From Octopus sinensis (lineage: Eukaryota): DNA of 64,000 bases. The stretch covers positions 58,528,001 through 58,592,000 of the forward strand of contig NC_043013.1 in the NCBI RefSeq assembly GCF_006345805.1, given 5' to 3'. This document shows, piece by piece, positions 1 through 11,217 of this stretch. Each line of letters opens with the position of its first letter. Within the stretch, counting starts at the first letter, position 1. The notes under the pieces were generated by a model. It was not told the origin of the DNA. It saw only the letters and a list, made by a program, of their open reading frames with translations, and did no database searches. The position numbers were made by a program, and so were the translations under genes.

Positions 1-330
1 ACACCCCACCCTGACCTTCCTACGCTTACCCCATCTTCACCCAACTATTCCAACTCTCCTCCTCACACCTCTGCACCCCCTCTTCCTGACCCCACTCATC
101 CTACCACCCTGCTTCCTCGCACTGTTGTCACTAAAACCCCCAATCTCCTCCTCTCCCCTGCCGACCGCTCTCTCCTCAGTAAGGGACTCCGCTTCACGAA
201 TCTCACGCGCCACTGTGACGAATTTGAGACCCGGACCGACGTCAACCAGTTCCTGCGCCGCCTCAAACTTTGCGTGTTTTTCCACGGGTCCACACAGATT
301 CAAAATGTGACCGCGTGTGTACCGTTTGCG
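1..330 (+). mobile_element. Penelope-like element fragment (N-terminal ORF region)
   Basis: Translation from ~163 gives RSLLSKGLRFTNLTRHCDEFETRTDVNQFLRRLKLCVFFH. This matches the LLSKGLxF...F.RRLxL..F motif found upstream of PLE reverse transcriptases. A hammerhead-like motif follows at 377-411. Confidence 0.7.
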
Positions 331-376
331 ATTTTTTTCTTCTGTCTTCCCTTCTCTGGATCTTTCCTTCTCCTAT

Positions 377-411
377 GTTTCCGACGAAGAGCTCCGCTCG
401 AAACGTTAAAC
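377..411 (+). ncRNA. Minimal hammerhead ribozyme-like motif (core variant CCGACGA)
   Basis: gttt-CCGACGA-a-gagc-tcc-gctc-GAAA-cgtt-aaac. Stem II is gagc/gctc, stem I is gttt/aaac, and a palindromic AACGTT replaces stem III. The core has C at U4, so it is probably inactive. Confidence 0.55.
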
Positions 412-1029
412 CCTCCTTCTTCCCTTCCTTCCTAAGCGTCCAATAATACTATATTTGTTCCACGTCCTCGTGTTGTGTTTTCTCTTTGTGTTTTTATGTT
501 TGGGGTATATATATAAAAAAAACAACATAAAACACATACACATATCTCTCTCTCTCTCTTTCTCCCTTTTCCTTTCTTTTACTTTCTTTCCCATTCCCAT
601 CCATTAAAAATATCACCAATCTAGAGCGGTGGAAATATACGAATGTCGAACCAGATGCTTTGCAGCATTTGTTCCAGCACTTTGTGCTACGGATTCAAAT
701 CCCAGTGTGACCTAGTTAAATACTTTCCCTCTGGCAACTTTTGTGCCTCCAGGCCCTGGCTTCATACAGTACAGTCTCAATTACCTTAAAATCTGTGGAC
801 TCATAATATTAATTATAATTGCTTTTATCTTTTGTACAAGGCGCAATGTGGTTTATCGTTTCCGGTACTCCTCGAGTAACTTATTTATCCACCTTGGGTC
901 GATAAACGGCAAATGTGAACGCGTCAAGATTTGAACTCGGTAACCTAAAGGGACACAACTAAAGTGTGCAGAATGACTGTCTTGCCAATTCTCAACTTGT
1001 TTTATAATAATCACCCTTTCTACTTATGG

Positions 1030-1310
1030 TAGTGAATTCGGTTCCCGGACGGGGATGTGTGTTGTGTTCTTGAGCAAGACACTTTATTTCCCGGTGCTCC
1101 AGGTCACTCAGTTGTAGAAATAAATTGCGACGTCACTGGTACCAAGTTTTATCACTCTTTGCTTTCCCTTGGATAACATCGGTGGCGTGGAGAGGCGAGA
1201 TTGGTATGCATGGGCTATTGCTGATCTTCCATAAACAATCTCATTAGGATCTGTACCTCTTTTCTAGGTACAATCCTATGGTCATTCATGATCAATGGGG
1301 TCTTTATCTT
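1030..1310 (+). mobile_element. tRNA-derived SINE, family B, 5'-degenerate copy
   Basis: Collinear with the fuller copy at 58818-59142 (gtgttcttgagcaa..cactttattt, ttcccttggataacatcggtggcgt). Confidence 0.7.
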
Positions 1311-1462
1311 TACCCTAATGATAATATTAATGATGATGATGGACGTATGAGCTTTTAGCTTTTCCCAAACGACCTACACAAATGATTTGTTTATAGTGAT
1401 CACATGTCCGTGCCGCACATTAGCCCTCTTTCTCTCCGTCTTCTCTCTTTCTCTCTCGCCCT

Positions 1463-1497
<35 letters not shown>

Positions 1498-1689
1498 TCT
1501 CTCTCTCCCGCCGTCAAATTGACAGTGTCTGAACAGATGCAAGCTGTGTTACACGTCAGGTGTCGAAGTGATCGCAGAACAACGTGGAATGAAGTGTTTT
1601 GCTCAAGAGCACAACGCACCACCAGGTCGCGGAATTGAAATCACGATCGCTAGATACGGTGTTGTTAGGAGGACACAGACAGGCTTGAA

Positions 1690-2720
1690 GAAATAGAATA
1701 AACAGGGACGTGATGATAATGAATAAGGAAATGCCCCCTAAAGGCGATACTGTGCCCTACGTACAAAGGAGGAATAGGTCTCATAGGATGCACGATCTCT
1801 CTGTTTTCAATGGTGAAAAATGTCTGGAATGGTACGTCATACAGCAGATTGAACCCTTGCTTATGACTGCTAGAAATAGCAACACGATACCGACCGAAAA
1901 TATGATGCACCCAGAAACATTTAAGAAACAAGATGGAGAACAAAGATCAAATAACTGCAAAATGAAAACAATGCATAGGCAATACTTCAGAGAAACCGAA
2001 GGGAAAGAAAAGACCAACACGTGGGGAAGGAAAAGTGATCTGAAAGGATTCGCCGAAACATTGATATAGAGGACACAGGAAGAAAGTGTGAGAACTAGTT
2101 TCAAATAGATAAGAGCAGTGAGTCGCCCCTCTTTTGTATGTGGGCTAACAGAAACGAAACAATCTCACATATTGTGAGTGTGGCAAGCTGGTCCAAAAAG
2201 AATACAAAAGGAGACACAATAACATGGTTAAGTTTGTTCACAGGGGACTGTGTGAAAAGTATGGTCTTAGAAGAACACGGAAATGGTATAAATATGAAGT
2301 TGAAGGCGTCACTGAAAATAATGAATGTAGGATCTTATGGGATTTTACAAATGCGACTCTGCCCGAAGACCAGACATTATTTTGGTAGATAAAGGGGAGA
2401 ATTAATCCTGGGGACATACGCGTAGTTGACAAAGAGCTGGAAAAGGTGGGAAAATATAAGTTTGTAAATGACGAAGTTGCAAAAATGTGGCTAATGAAAA
2501 GGCTAACTGTCATCCCAGTAGTTGTAGGGTACTGACAACCAAGTCTGAGAAATAAACCGGAGAAATTGGTTTTGACGTGAGGGTAAAGCATGCTCAAAAC
2601 TTGCTCTGTTGGGGACAGCGAGGATTTTGAGATTGTTGATTGGGTGTTACGTATTTTCCATGATACTTCCAAACCTTGAAATTCGTGGAAAGGAACCTTG
2701 AAAGACACTGAGATGTTTGA
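1690..2720 (+). mobile_element. R4/Dong-like (RLE) non-LTR retrotransposon, degenerate 3' fragment
   Basis: Frameshifted translation ETISHIVS/ECGKLVQKEYKRRHNNMVKFVH...ILWDF.../RPDIILVDK...VIPVVVG...LLGTARIL covers the zinc knuckle and PD-(D/E)xK restriction-like endonuclease region. Confidence 0.8.
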
Positions 2721-3370
2721 CAACAGATTTCAGTTCGCTCTCAATGAACCAACCAGAGCAAGTAAGATGAAGAGCTCTGAAAAGTAAAATGATATGATGG
2801 TGATGGTGATGATGATAATGATGAATCCCTTCGATTTCGACGGATGAGTGTTTGAAGTAATGGATTTAAACTGGATAACAATGAAAGAAAGAAAAAAGGA
2901 CTAAAAGAGAGGCTGCACCTATATGCAAAGGTTGCGTGAATCTGAGTTCAGTTATAGAATTTGCTATGAAATCACAATGGGGACAATGAGGATTTTGGTA
3001 TTGATGGCTAAAGGATAAATTTTTTTTTCTGTCTCTTCAACTCAAATTGATTAGATGCATCATGACACATTTTACGCCACTCACATCGATCTAGGCAATA
3101 ACTTACCTAAGATGTAAAATTAAGCTGAATGGATTTTAGTAATTGTTTCATCTTATCATTTAAACGTTAGCAGGGCTCTGCCTTTACCACGGGTTCCCTC
3201 TACTCGTTAGTCATACAAAAGAATTTTGGGAATCTGATCATCTTCCATTCGAACAACGTGCCCAACCCATCCGTACTGAACTCTCAACAGCATACTTTCG
3301 ACATTGTGGATATCGTGTTTTTCTCAAATAATAATAATGATTATGAGAAGAGGAAAGAGAAGAAAAAGTT

Positions 3371-3501
3371 ATCTATTTCATCGGCCCCGAGTAATGGAAA
3401 GCAAAGTTACCTCAGCGGAATTTGAACTCACAGTGTAAATACGGATGAAATGCATTTAAGCATTATATCCGGTAAGCTAATGATTCTGCCAGCTCGCCAC
3501 C
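3371..3501 (-). mobile_element. tRNA-derived SINE, family C, head fragment
   Basis: The reverse complement starts ggtggcgagctggcagaatc and carries a B-box-like gagttcaaattcc. It is homologous to 24465-24650. Confidence 0.65.
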
Positions 3502-3944
3502 TTAATAATAACAACAATAACATCAATAACAACAATAATAACGAATCCTTCTCCTCCTCCTCCTCATTATTACTGTTATTGTTGTTATTATCATTATTAT
3601 TATTACTATAGGTTTATCTATGTTGGATGTAAACATGTCCATTGAATAGAAACGACATAAAGAAGAGGCTATAGCAAACACCAGATGATATAGATCCCAC
3701 TTGATTTTCACATTTTTTCACTCCTTTTATAACTCACCAATACAATGTCCGTGATTCCATCCAATGCTAAGAGACTATTTTTTTCTGTTTTCTTCGCGTT
3801 CGTATAAATGTCTGAGATATCCAATTGGCTTGTATATAGATTTCTAATACTCGAAAACAAGAGTCGTTTCAAGATATCAAACCACGTAAAAAATGTGTCT
3901 GTACATGTATATGTTTGTGTGCGTATGCATATTTAGCTATCATT

Positions 3945-4290
3945 TATCTAAATATAAATAGATAGGTAGATATATAGATATATAGGTAAATAAATAGATA
4001 GACAGACAGATAGACAGGTAGATAGATAGATAGATAGATAGATAGGTAGGTAGGTAGGTAGGTAGGTAGGTAGGTAGGTAGGTAGGTAGGTAGTTAGGTA
4101 GGTAGGTAGGTAGGTAGGTAGGTAGGTAGGTAGGTAGGTAGGTAGGTAGATATGTAGGTTGGTAGGTAGGTATGTAGGTAAGTGGGTAGGTAGGTAGGTA
4201 GGTAGGTAGGTAGGTAGGTAGGTAGACTGATTGACTGACAGGTAGGTAGGTAGGTAGGTAGGTATAAAGATATATATATATATCATCTAT
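3945..4290. repeat. (TAGA)n/(TAGG)n compound microsatellite
   Basis: Direct reading; it generates the spurious LPTY ORF. Confidence 0.95.
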
Positions 4291-4883
4291 TCTACACCGC
4301 GATCTTTAATGATGAATCGTCTTCTTTAAGCTGAAGCTAGTAGACGCTGGGGAAATTTAACCCAAAGAATTGCAAGCCGGACTCCTTTCTGTCACATGAA
4401 GTAAAGAATTCTAAGGAAAAAAAATAAAATAAAGGGGAATGTATTGATTTCTCTGCTTTCTTTGTTTTTAAGAAAGGAGAGCGGGTGTTCGATCTTGAAA
4501 TACAAACATGAGATGAAAAACGATGTATCTCTTAATAGTGGTGGCTGACTAAATTTGCTTTTGGGATTTGCCTCTATTTAATTTACATCCGTATCAATAG
4601 TTGATTTTCTGGGAAGCAATTCAGTAATGTTTGTTTCTCAACATGAAATATTTGCCGAAGGAAATAGCCATCATCTAAGTTTAGCTTTACTATCAACTGA
4701 TCTACGTCAACTCAGCTTTCTCTTTTCCACTGTAAACGTCTTCATTGCATGGCGTCACTCGTTATTCAGGATGACTAATGCAGTCAAATGTCAAAGCTAT
4801 TGTTTATTCTCCGATAAGTTATATTCATTCTAGCGCACACGCGCACACATACACACATAAGAGAAAATAAGTATGAAATATAG

Positions 4884-4917
<34 letters not shown>

Positions 4918-5156
4918 ATAAAAACGGTAAGATAACAAAAGAAAGAAAGAGACCTCAATATTATGTAAATAAAGGAATTTATCTGTAAATATAAAATGTG
5001 ACAAACATTCGGTAGCCAAGATAAAACTCCGAGTAATTTCCCTTTGTATAACGGTCATTTTTCATAGCGTTTTTCCGATGGCCAGATAACTGAAGAGATG
5101 TTGGCGTGAATTTCCACTTCGGCACCCGACACTTGGCTACCGAATAATTGTCACTT

Positions 5157-5209
<53 letters not shown>

Positions 5210-5211
<2 letters not shown>

Positions 5212-5620
5212 CGCAGGAGTGGCGGTGTGGTAAGTAGCTTGCTAACCAACCACATGGTTCCGGGTTCAGTCCCACTGCGTGGCACCTTGGGCAAGTGTCT
5301 TCTGCTATAGCCTCGAGCCAACCAATGCCTTTGCGAGTGGATTTGGTAGACGCAAACTGAAAGAAGCCTGTCGTATATATGTATATATATGTATATGTAT
5401 GTGTGTGTGTTTGTGTGTCTGTGTTTGTCCCCCTAACATTTCTTGACAACCGATGCTGGTGTGTTTACGTCCCCGTCACTTAGCGGTTCGGCAAATGAGA
5501 CAGATAGAATGAGTACTGGGTTTATAAAGAATAAGTCCCGGGGTCGATTTGCTCGACTAAAGGCGGTGCTCCAGCAAGGCCGCAGTCAAATGACTGAAAC
5601 AAGTAAAAGAGTAAAAGAGA

Positions 5621-5621
<1 letters not shown>
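5210..5621 (+). mobile_element. tRNA-derived SINE, family A, near full length
   Basis: Head ggcgcaggagtggcggtgtggtaag...gggttcagtccc (A/B-box-like), an internal (AT/GT)n tract, and tail gactgaaacaagtaaaagagtaaaagag. A second copy lies at 50256-50680. Flanked by (AT)n on both sides. Confidence 0.85.
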
Positions 5622-5651
<30 letters not shown>

Positions 5652-5658
<7 letters not shown>

Positions 5659-6054
5659 ATTTCGGAATAGTCATTTTGCCAGTTTAGCCAATAAAAACAC
5701 ACGCACTGTATATTTGGTGTTACTTTGCTTCAGTGATATTTATTTTTTACATTAAACTTATTTTCTTATTTCGGCCAGAGTTCTTTCGTCACACTCCTGT
5801 GACCGCATCAGTGGTACTTTGCTTTCTTTCTTATTTGTGTCTCTCCTTACTAACCGTCAGCCATTTTGTATTTCTATGGTATGTGTCTTCATTTGCGCAT
5901 GCGTATATCTCTATGTGCGTCTATGTTTAGTTAGTGTGTGTGTGGGGGATGCCTGTAATATTTGTATCTTCTGTTTATATATGTTCGTGTAATTTGCTTT
6001 TTGTTTTTGTTTATTCTTATTTTGTTCATGTGGTTACATCCACTTATTATTATT
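5652..6054 (-). repeat. Inverted pseudo-LTR (left arm of palindrome)
   Basis: Reverse complement of 6055-6445 with scattered substitutions. Confidence 0.9.
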
Positions 6055-6445
6055 GGATGTAAACACATGAACAAAATAAGAATAAACAAAAACAAAAAAC
6101 AAATTACACGAACATATATAAACAGAAGATACAAATATTACAGGCATCCCCCACACACACACTAACTAAACATAGACGCACATAGAGATATACGCATGCG
6201 CAAATGAAGTCACATACAATAGAAATACAAAATCGCCGACGGTTAGTAAGGAGAGACACAAATAAGAAAGAAGAAAGCAAAGGACCACTGATGCGGTCAC
6301 AGGAGTGTGATGAAAGAACTCTGACCGAAATAAGATTAATTTTAATGTAAAAAATAAATAACACTGAAGCAAAGTAACATCAAATATATAGTGCGTGTGT
6401 CTTTATTGGCTAAACTGGCAAAATGACCATTCCGAAATTCAACAA
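6055..6445 (+). repeat. Pseudo-LTR 1
   Basis: Runs from ggatgtaaacacatgaa to gaaattcaacaa and is repeated at 9949 and 13853. Confidence 0.85.
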
Positions 6446-6772
6446 TATCTGTTTCAACACACGACTTAGCCATAGCCAGGCTTTGCAAGAAGCTGAAGGA
6501 CACTGTATTCTGTTGCCTAAGGAAAACTGTGACAACGCAACAGCTTCATTTTACAAAACAATGTGTCTCGTCCAGAATATGTATCAACAAGGTCACAGCC
6601 AACGTTAAACGGCTTGATCTCACCAAAGGACAGGCTGAAAGGTTAAAAAGGAGAGCTGATGGTAAATATTAAAAACAAAATATACAAAGAGCTAAGCGAG
6701 CAAGAAAAACGTAAACGTATATTTTTAAAAGAAATTAAAAACATCACCACATGAAAAGAGAAAACCACAGTT

Positions 6773-7284
6773 ATGGATATAATATCTGAAGAAAGCAGAC
6801 TCGTAATACACCAGTGCAATATCCATTTTAAGAGGAAGTTGTGGTTGAAACATAAACATCAATACGAGCTCGCAAAGGAAGAAAAGCAGAAGTATCGAGA
6901 TACAATAAACGGAATTATTATGGAAGATGTCCCACTACCAGCAGAATTCAACAAGGACAATGAAGCGAACATCTATGGGGGAATAACAACGGACCCAGAT
7001 GAAATATCGATACTTCAACTACCACCAAAATATGCGATATATAATAATGTGAATACCATCAAATGCCTGTCCGAGATTGAAAAGTCGTTCACAAAAATAC
7101 GTTGGAATTTAAATAGGAACAACGACAACACGAGTGACAACAACAACAATACGAACAACAATAACAACACAGACGGCAACACGAACAACAATAACCGCAG
7201 CAACAACAACACAAACAATAATGACCGCAGCAACAACAACCGTAGCAACAAAAACAACACGAACAGCTACAACCCTAATATCGG

Positions 7285-7315
<31 letters not shown>

Positions 7316-9747
7316 TATAGGGGAAACGGACACACAAACACACACACAGATAACCATAGTCACAAGGACCCGAATAAAAGTTGTGTCATGGGGGTCACGA
7401 TGGAGAATAAAGTTGAATGCAACAGAATTCTTGGACAGGGAGTCAGCAGACTTGAAACAGAAAACACTACTGGTAGGAACAAAAATAACAACCACAACAG
7501 AGAGAATGGCAGGGACCAACAGACAGACATAAGAACCAACACTAATACGAACAACACCAGAAACAGGAACAATGAGAATATCACTAGCGATGATAGCAAT
7601 AATGGCAGTTGTAGGAATAACAGTAATAGCAATAATGCTGGTAGTAGTAGTAGTGGTGGTGGTGGTGGTGGTGGTGGTAACAGTAGAAGTAGTAATAGTT
7701 GTGATGGTAATAGTAATAATAGTATTAGTGGTGATAATGATAGTGGTAATAGTGGCAATAGTTGTGATAATAATAGTGGGGTTGACGATGGGAGCAGTAA
7801 CGACAGAAATAGTAGTAACGATAATGAGGAAGATAACTCTACAAGGGCCATTAACATGTATACCAACCACTTTGACACTCAGTTCTTCAACATATGTGAC
7901 AAATCTTATAACATGAGCCGGATTTATCCAACAACATTACCCTTCAACAAAAGAGTCTACATCCCAAGTCATACTAATGACCACATGGAAGCACAGTTCA
8001 CTATAGCTAGGACCAAACTTAGACAGATTTTAGGAGTATACACTAAGAGACAGAGACAGAATAAGACAGAGGCCCAACAACTCGGGATTAAGCCTGCATG
8101 TGGCCTACATAAGCTTATTCAGCGCACGAGGAACGGAGAGGTGGTATGCCTTCCCACGGATAAGTCCGGCAGGATGTCAATAGACAGCTTACCGAACTAC
8201 ATCCAGGCAATGCAACCTCATATCGCCAATACGAAAGTAACAACTTTACAGGCGCATGAGGAGAGAGAAAAGGTCCTCAACGCCCACATGATGATGTGGA
8301 CAATTGTTCTGGGACCTCAGAAACGTACTGCAAAGAATTTCCAAGCCTGGAACAATGATATCCCGGCACTCTATGGACTTCGCAAGGACCATAAAATAAT
8401 TACTGACCCTATAGCAGGACCACCAACAAGACCAGTCTGTGGAGCGAATATCGCTAGCAATTACAGAATCTCCTGCTTCCTCTCAATGATCATACGCCCT
8501 ATAATCCGGATGTCACCTGATGTTTGTGACAGCACAGAAGATCTCCTCAGCAGGATCAATGACTGTAACAACACTTGCGACCTGACAGGATGTCTGGTGG
8601 ATAGCATGGATGTGGTATCCCTATACCGATCGATCGACGTGGATTTTGCGGTGAAGTGCGTGCAAATGATCAACGAGAGCAAGGTGGAGTTCCGCAATGT
8701 CAACACAGAGGAACAGGGCCTCCTACTTAGACTGACTTATGACAACGAATACCTAGATAAACATAATCTTAGTAGTTTCTGCCCCAGTAGACGTTTAAGA
8801 GGTAGACCACCCACAATTACTTCTGTGGCTAGGAAGACCCATACAGAGAGATGGAGCGGATGGACCAGAGCCATACGGAGCCCCGCAAATGTCCATCAGG
8901 TAAAGAAAATGATCGCACATGCACTAGGAGCTAGTATAAGAGTTACCCTAAAAGGCCACACGTTTAAGTTTAACAATAAAATATATGCCCAGGACGATGG
9001 TGATGTGGCCAACCTTTTCATGGTATGGTGGGACAGAAGGCTTAAGGAATGCCTAACACAGAACTTCATACTCGTAAACATGTACTCTCGCTATGTTGAT
9101 GATATCAACATAGTTGTAAAGGCACCCCTACTATTAAAATAGAAATAGAAACTAATACTATGGAGAGCATCCAGCGAATAGCTAACTCCATCCACTAGAG
9201 TATTAAGGTCACAATAGACTACCCCACTAAACACCCCAACCATAGACTACCAGTACTAGACAAGGAACTCTGGCTAGAAACTGTGAATAATAAAACCCAA
9301 ATCCTTCATTCGTACTATGCTAAACCTATGGCCTCAAAATACTTGATCCACCGGAACTCAGCCATCGCGGACGATGCCAAATTCAATATTTTGATGGCAG
9401 ACCTCGTCAGAATAATGAGAAATGTGTCATGCAAGTGCGAGCCCACAGAGTTAAAGAGACACCTACAATATTTCATTCACCGCATGCAGTTCTCAGGTTA
9501 CAGCCATAAAGAAAGGATCAGAGTAAACAAAGGAACCATTAAGAAATTTGATAATATATTATGTAATAATAGGAATGTGATTTGCCCACTCTATAGGAAC
9601 AAGTCATGGAACTCTATGGAAAGGACAAAGAAGAAAATAGGGAAGGTCAACTCTTGGTATGATAGCTACAAATACCAGAGTGTCCTGTTCGTTGACACCA
9701 CCCCTGGAGGTGAACTAGCGTACCGCTTTATAAAGAAATGGAAGTAA
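6773..9747 (+). pseudogene. PLE reverse transcriptase ORF, copy 1 (frameshifted, no endonuclease domain)
   Basis: ORF 6773-9142 has ILQLPPKYAIY, LPTDKSGR, GPPTRPVCGA, SMDVVSLY and YSRYVDDI. After a frameshift and one stop it continues TMESIQRIANSIH*SIKVTIDYP...LPVLD...YYAKPMAS...VLFVDTTPGGELA. Coding-like sequence also extends upstream to ~6423. Confidence 0.85.
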
Positions 9748-9821
9748 ATAACTATATAGGTTTTTTTTATTTAAATTTTTTTTAATTCTTAAATTAAATT
9801 TTTTTATTATTATTATTATTA

Positions 9822-9879
<58 letters not shown>

Positions 9880-9948
9880 TAGTATTGGTGTTATACATAC
9901 ATACAAGCATACCTAATAATAATAATAATGATAATAATAATAATAAGT

Positions 9949-10347
9949 GGATGTAAACACATGAAGAAAATAAGAATAAACAAAAACAACAACAACAAAA
10001 ACAAATTACATGAACATATATAAACAGAAGATACAAATATTACAGGCATTCCCCCACATACACACTAACTATTCATAGACGCACATAGAGATATACGCAT
10101 GCGCAAATGAAGTCACATACAATAGAAATACGAAATCGCCGACGGTTAGTAAGGAGAGACACAAATAAGAAAGAAGAAAGCAAAGAACCACTGATGCGGT
10201 CACATGAGTGTGACGAAAGAACTCTGGCCGAAATAAGATTAAGATTAATGTAAAAAATAAATAACACTGAAGCAAAGTAACACCAATATATAGTGCGTGT
10301 GTCTTTATTGGCTAAACTGGCAAAATGACCATTCCGAAATTCAACAA
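9949..10347 (+). repeat. Pseudo-LTR 2 (hybrid of pLTR3 and pLTR1)
   Basis: The 5' part shares diagnostic bases with pLTR3 and the 3' part with pLTR1. Confidence 0.85.
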
Positions 10348-10674
10348 TATCTGTTTCAACACACGACTTAGCCATAGCCAGGCTTTGCAAGAAGCTGAAG
10401 GACACTGTATTCTGTTGCCTAAGGAAAACTGTGACAACGCAACAGCTTCATTTTACAAAACAATGTGTCTCGTCCAGAATATGTATCAACAAGGTCACAG
10501 CCAACGTTAAACGGCTTGATCTCACCAAAGGACAGGCTGAAAGGTTAAAAAGGAGAGCTGATGGTAAATATTAAAAACAAAATATACAAAGAGCTAAGCG
10601 AGCAAGAAAAACGTAAACGTATATTTTTAAAAGAAATTAAAAACATCACCACATGAAAAGAGAAAACCACAGTT

Positions 10675-11186
10675 ATGGATATAATATCTGAAGAAAGCAG
10701 ACTCGTAATACACCAGTGCAATATCCATTTTAAGAGGAAGTTGTGGTTGAAACATAAACATCAATACGAGCTCGCAAAGGAAGAAAAGCAGAAGTATCGA
10801 GATACAATAAACGGAATTATTATGGAAGATGTCCCACTACCAGCAGAATTCAACAAGGACAATGAAGCGAACATCTATGGGGGAATAACAACGGACCCAG
10901 ATGAAATATCGATACTTCAACTACCACCAAAATATGCGATATATAATAATGTGAATACCATCAAATGCCTGTCCGAGATTGAAAAGTCGTTCACAAAAAT
11001 ACGTTGGAATTTAAATAGGAACAACGACAACACGAGTGACAACAACAACAATACGAACAACAATAACAACACAGACGGCAACACGAACAACAATAACCGC
11101 AGCAACAACAACACAAACAATAATGACCGCAGCAACAACAACCGTAGCAACAAAAACAACACGAACAGCTACAACCCTAATATCGG

Positions 11187-11217
<31 letters not shown>

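Noticed and set aside
7015-7916. Overlapping 253-, 172-, 132- and 114-aa ORFs in other frames (and their duplicates at 10917-11818)
   Set aside because: By-products of stop-poor trinucleotide repeats; no domain signal.
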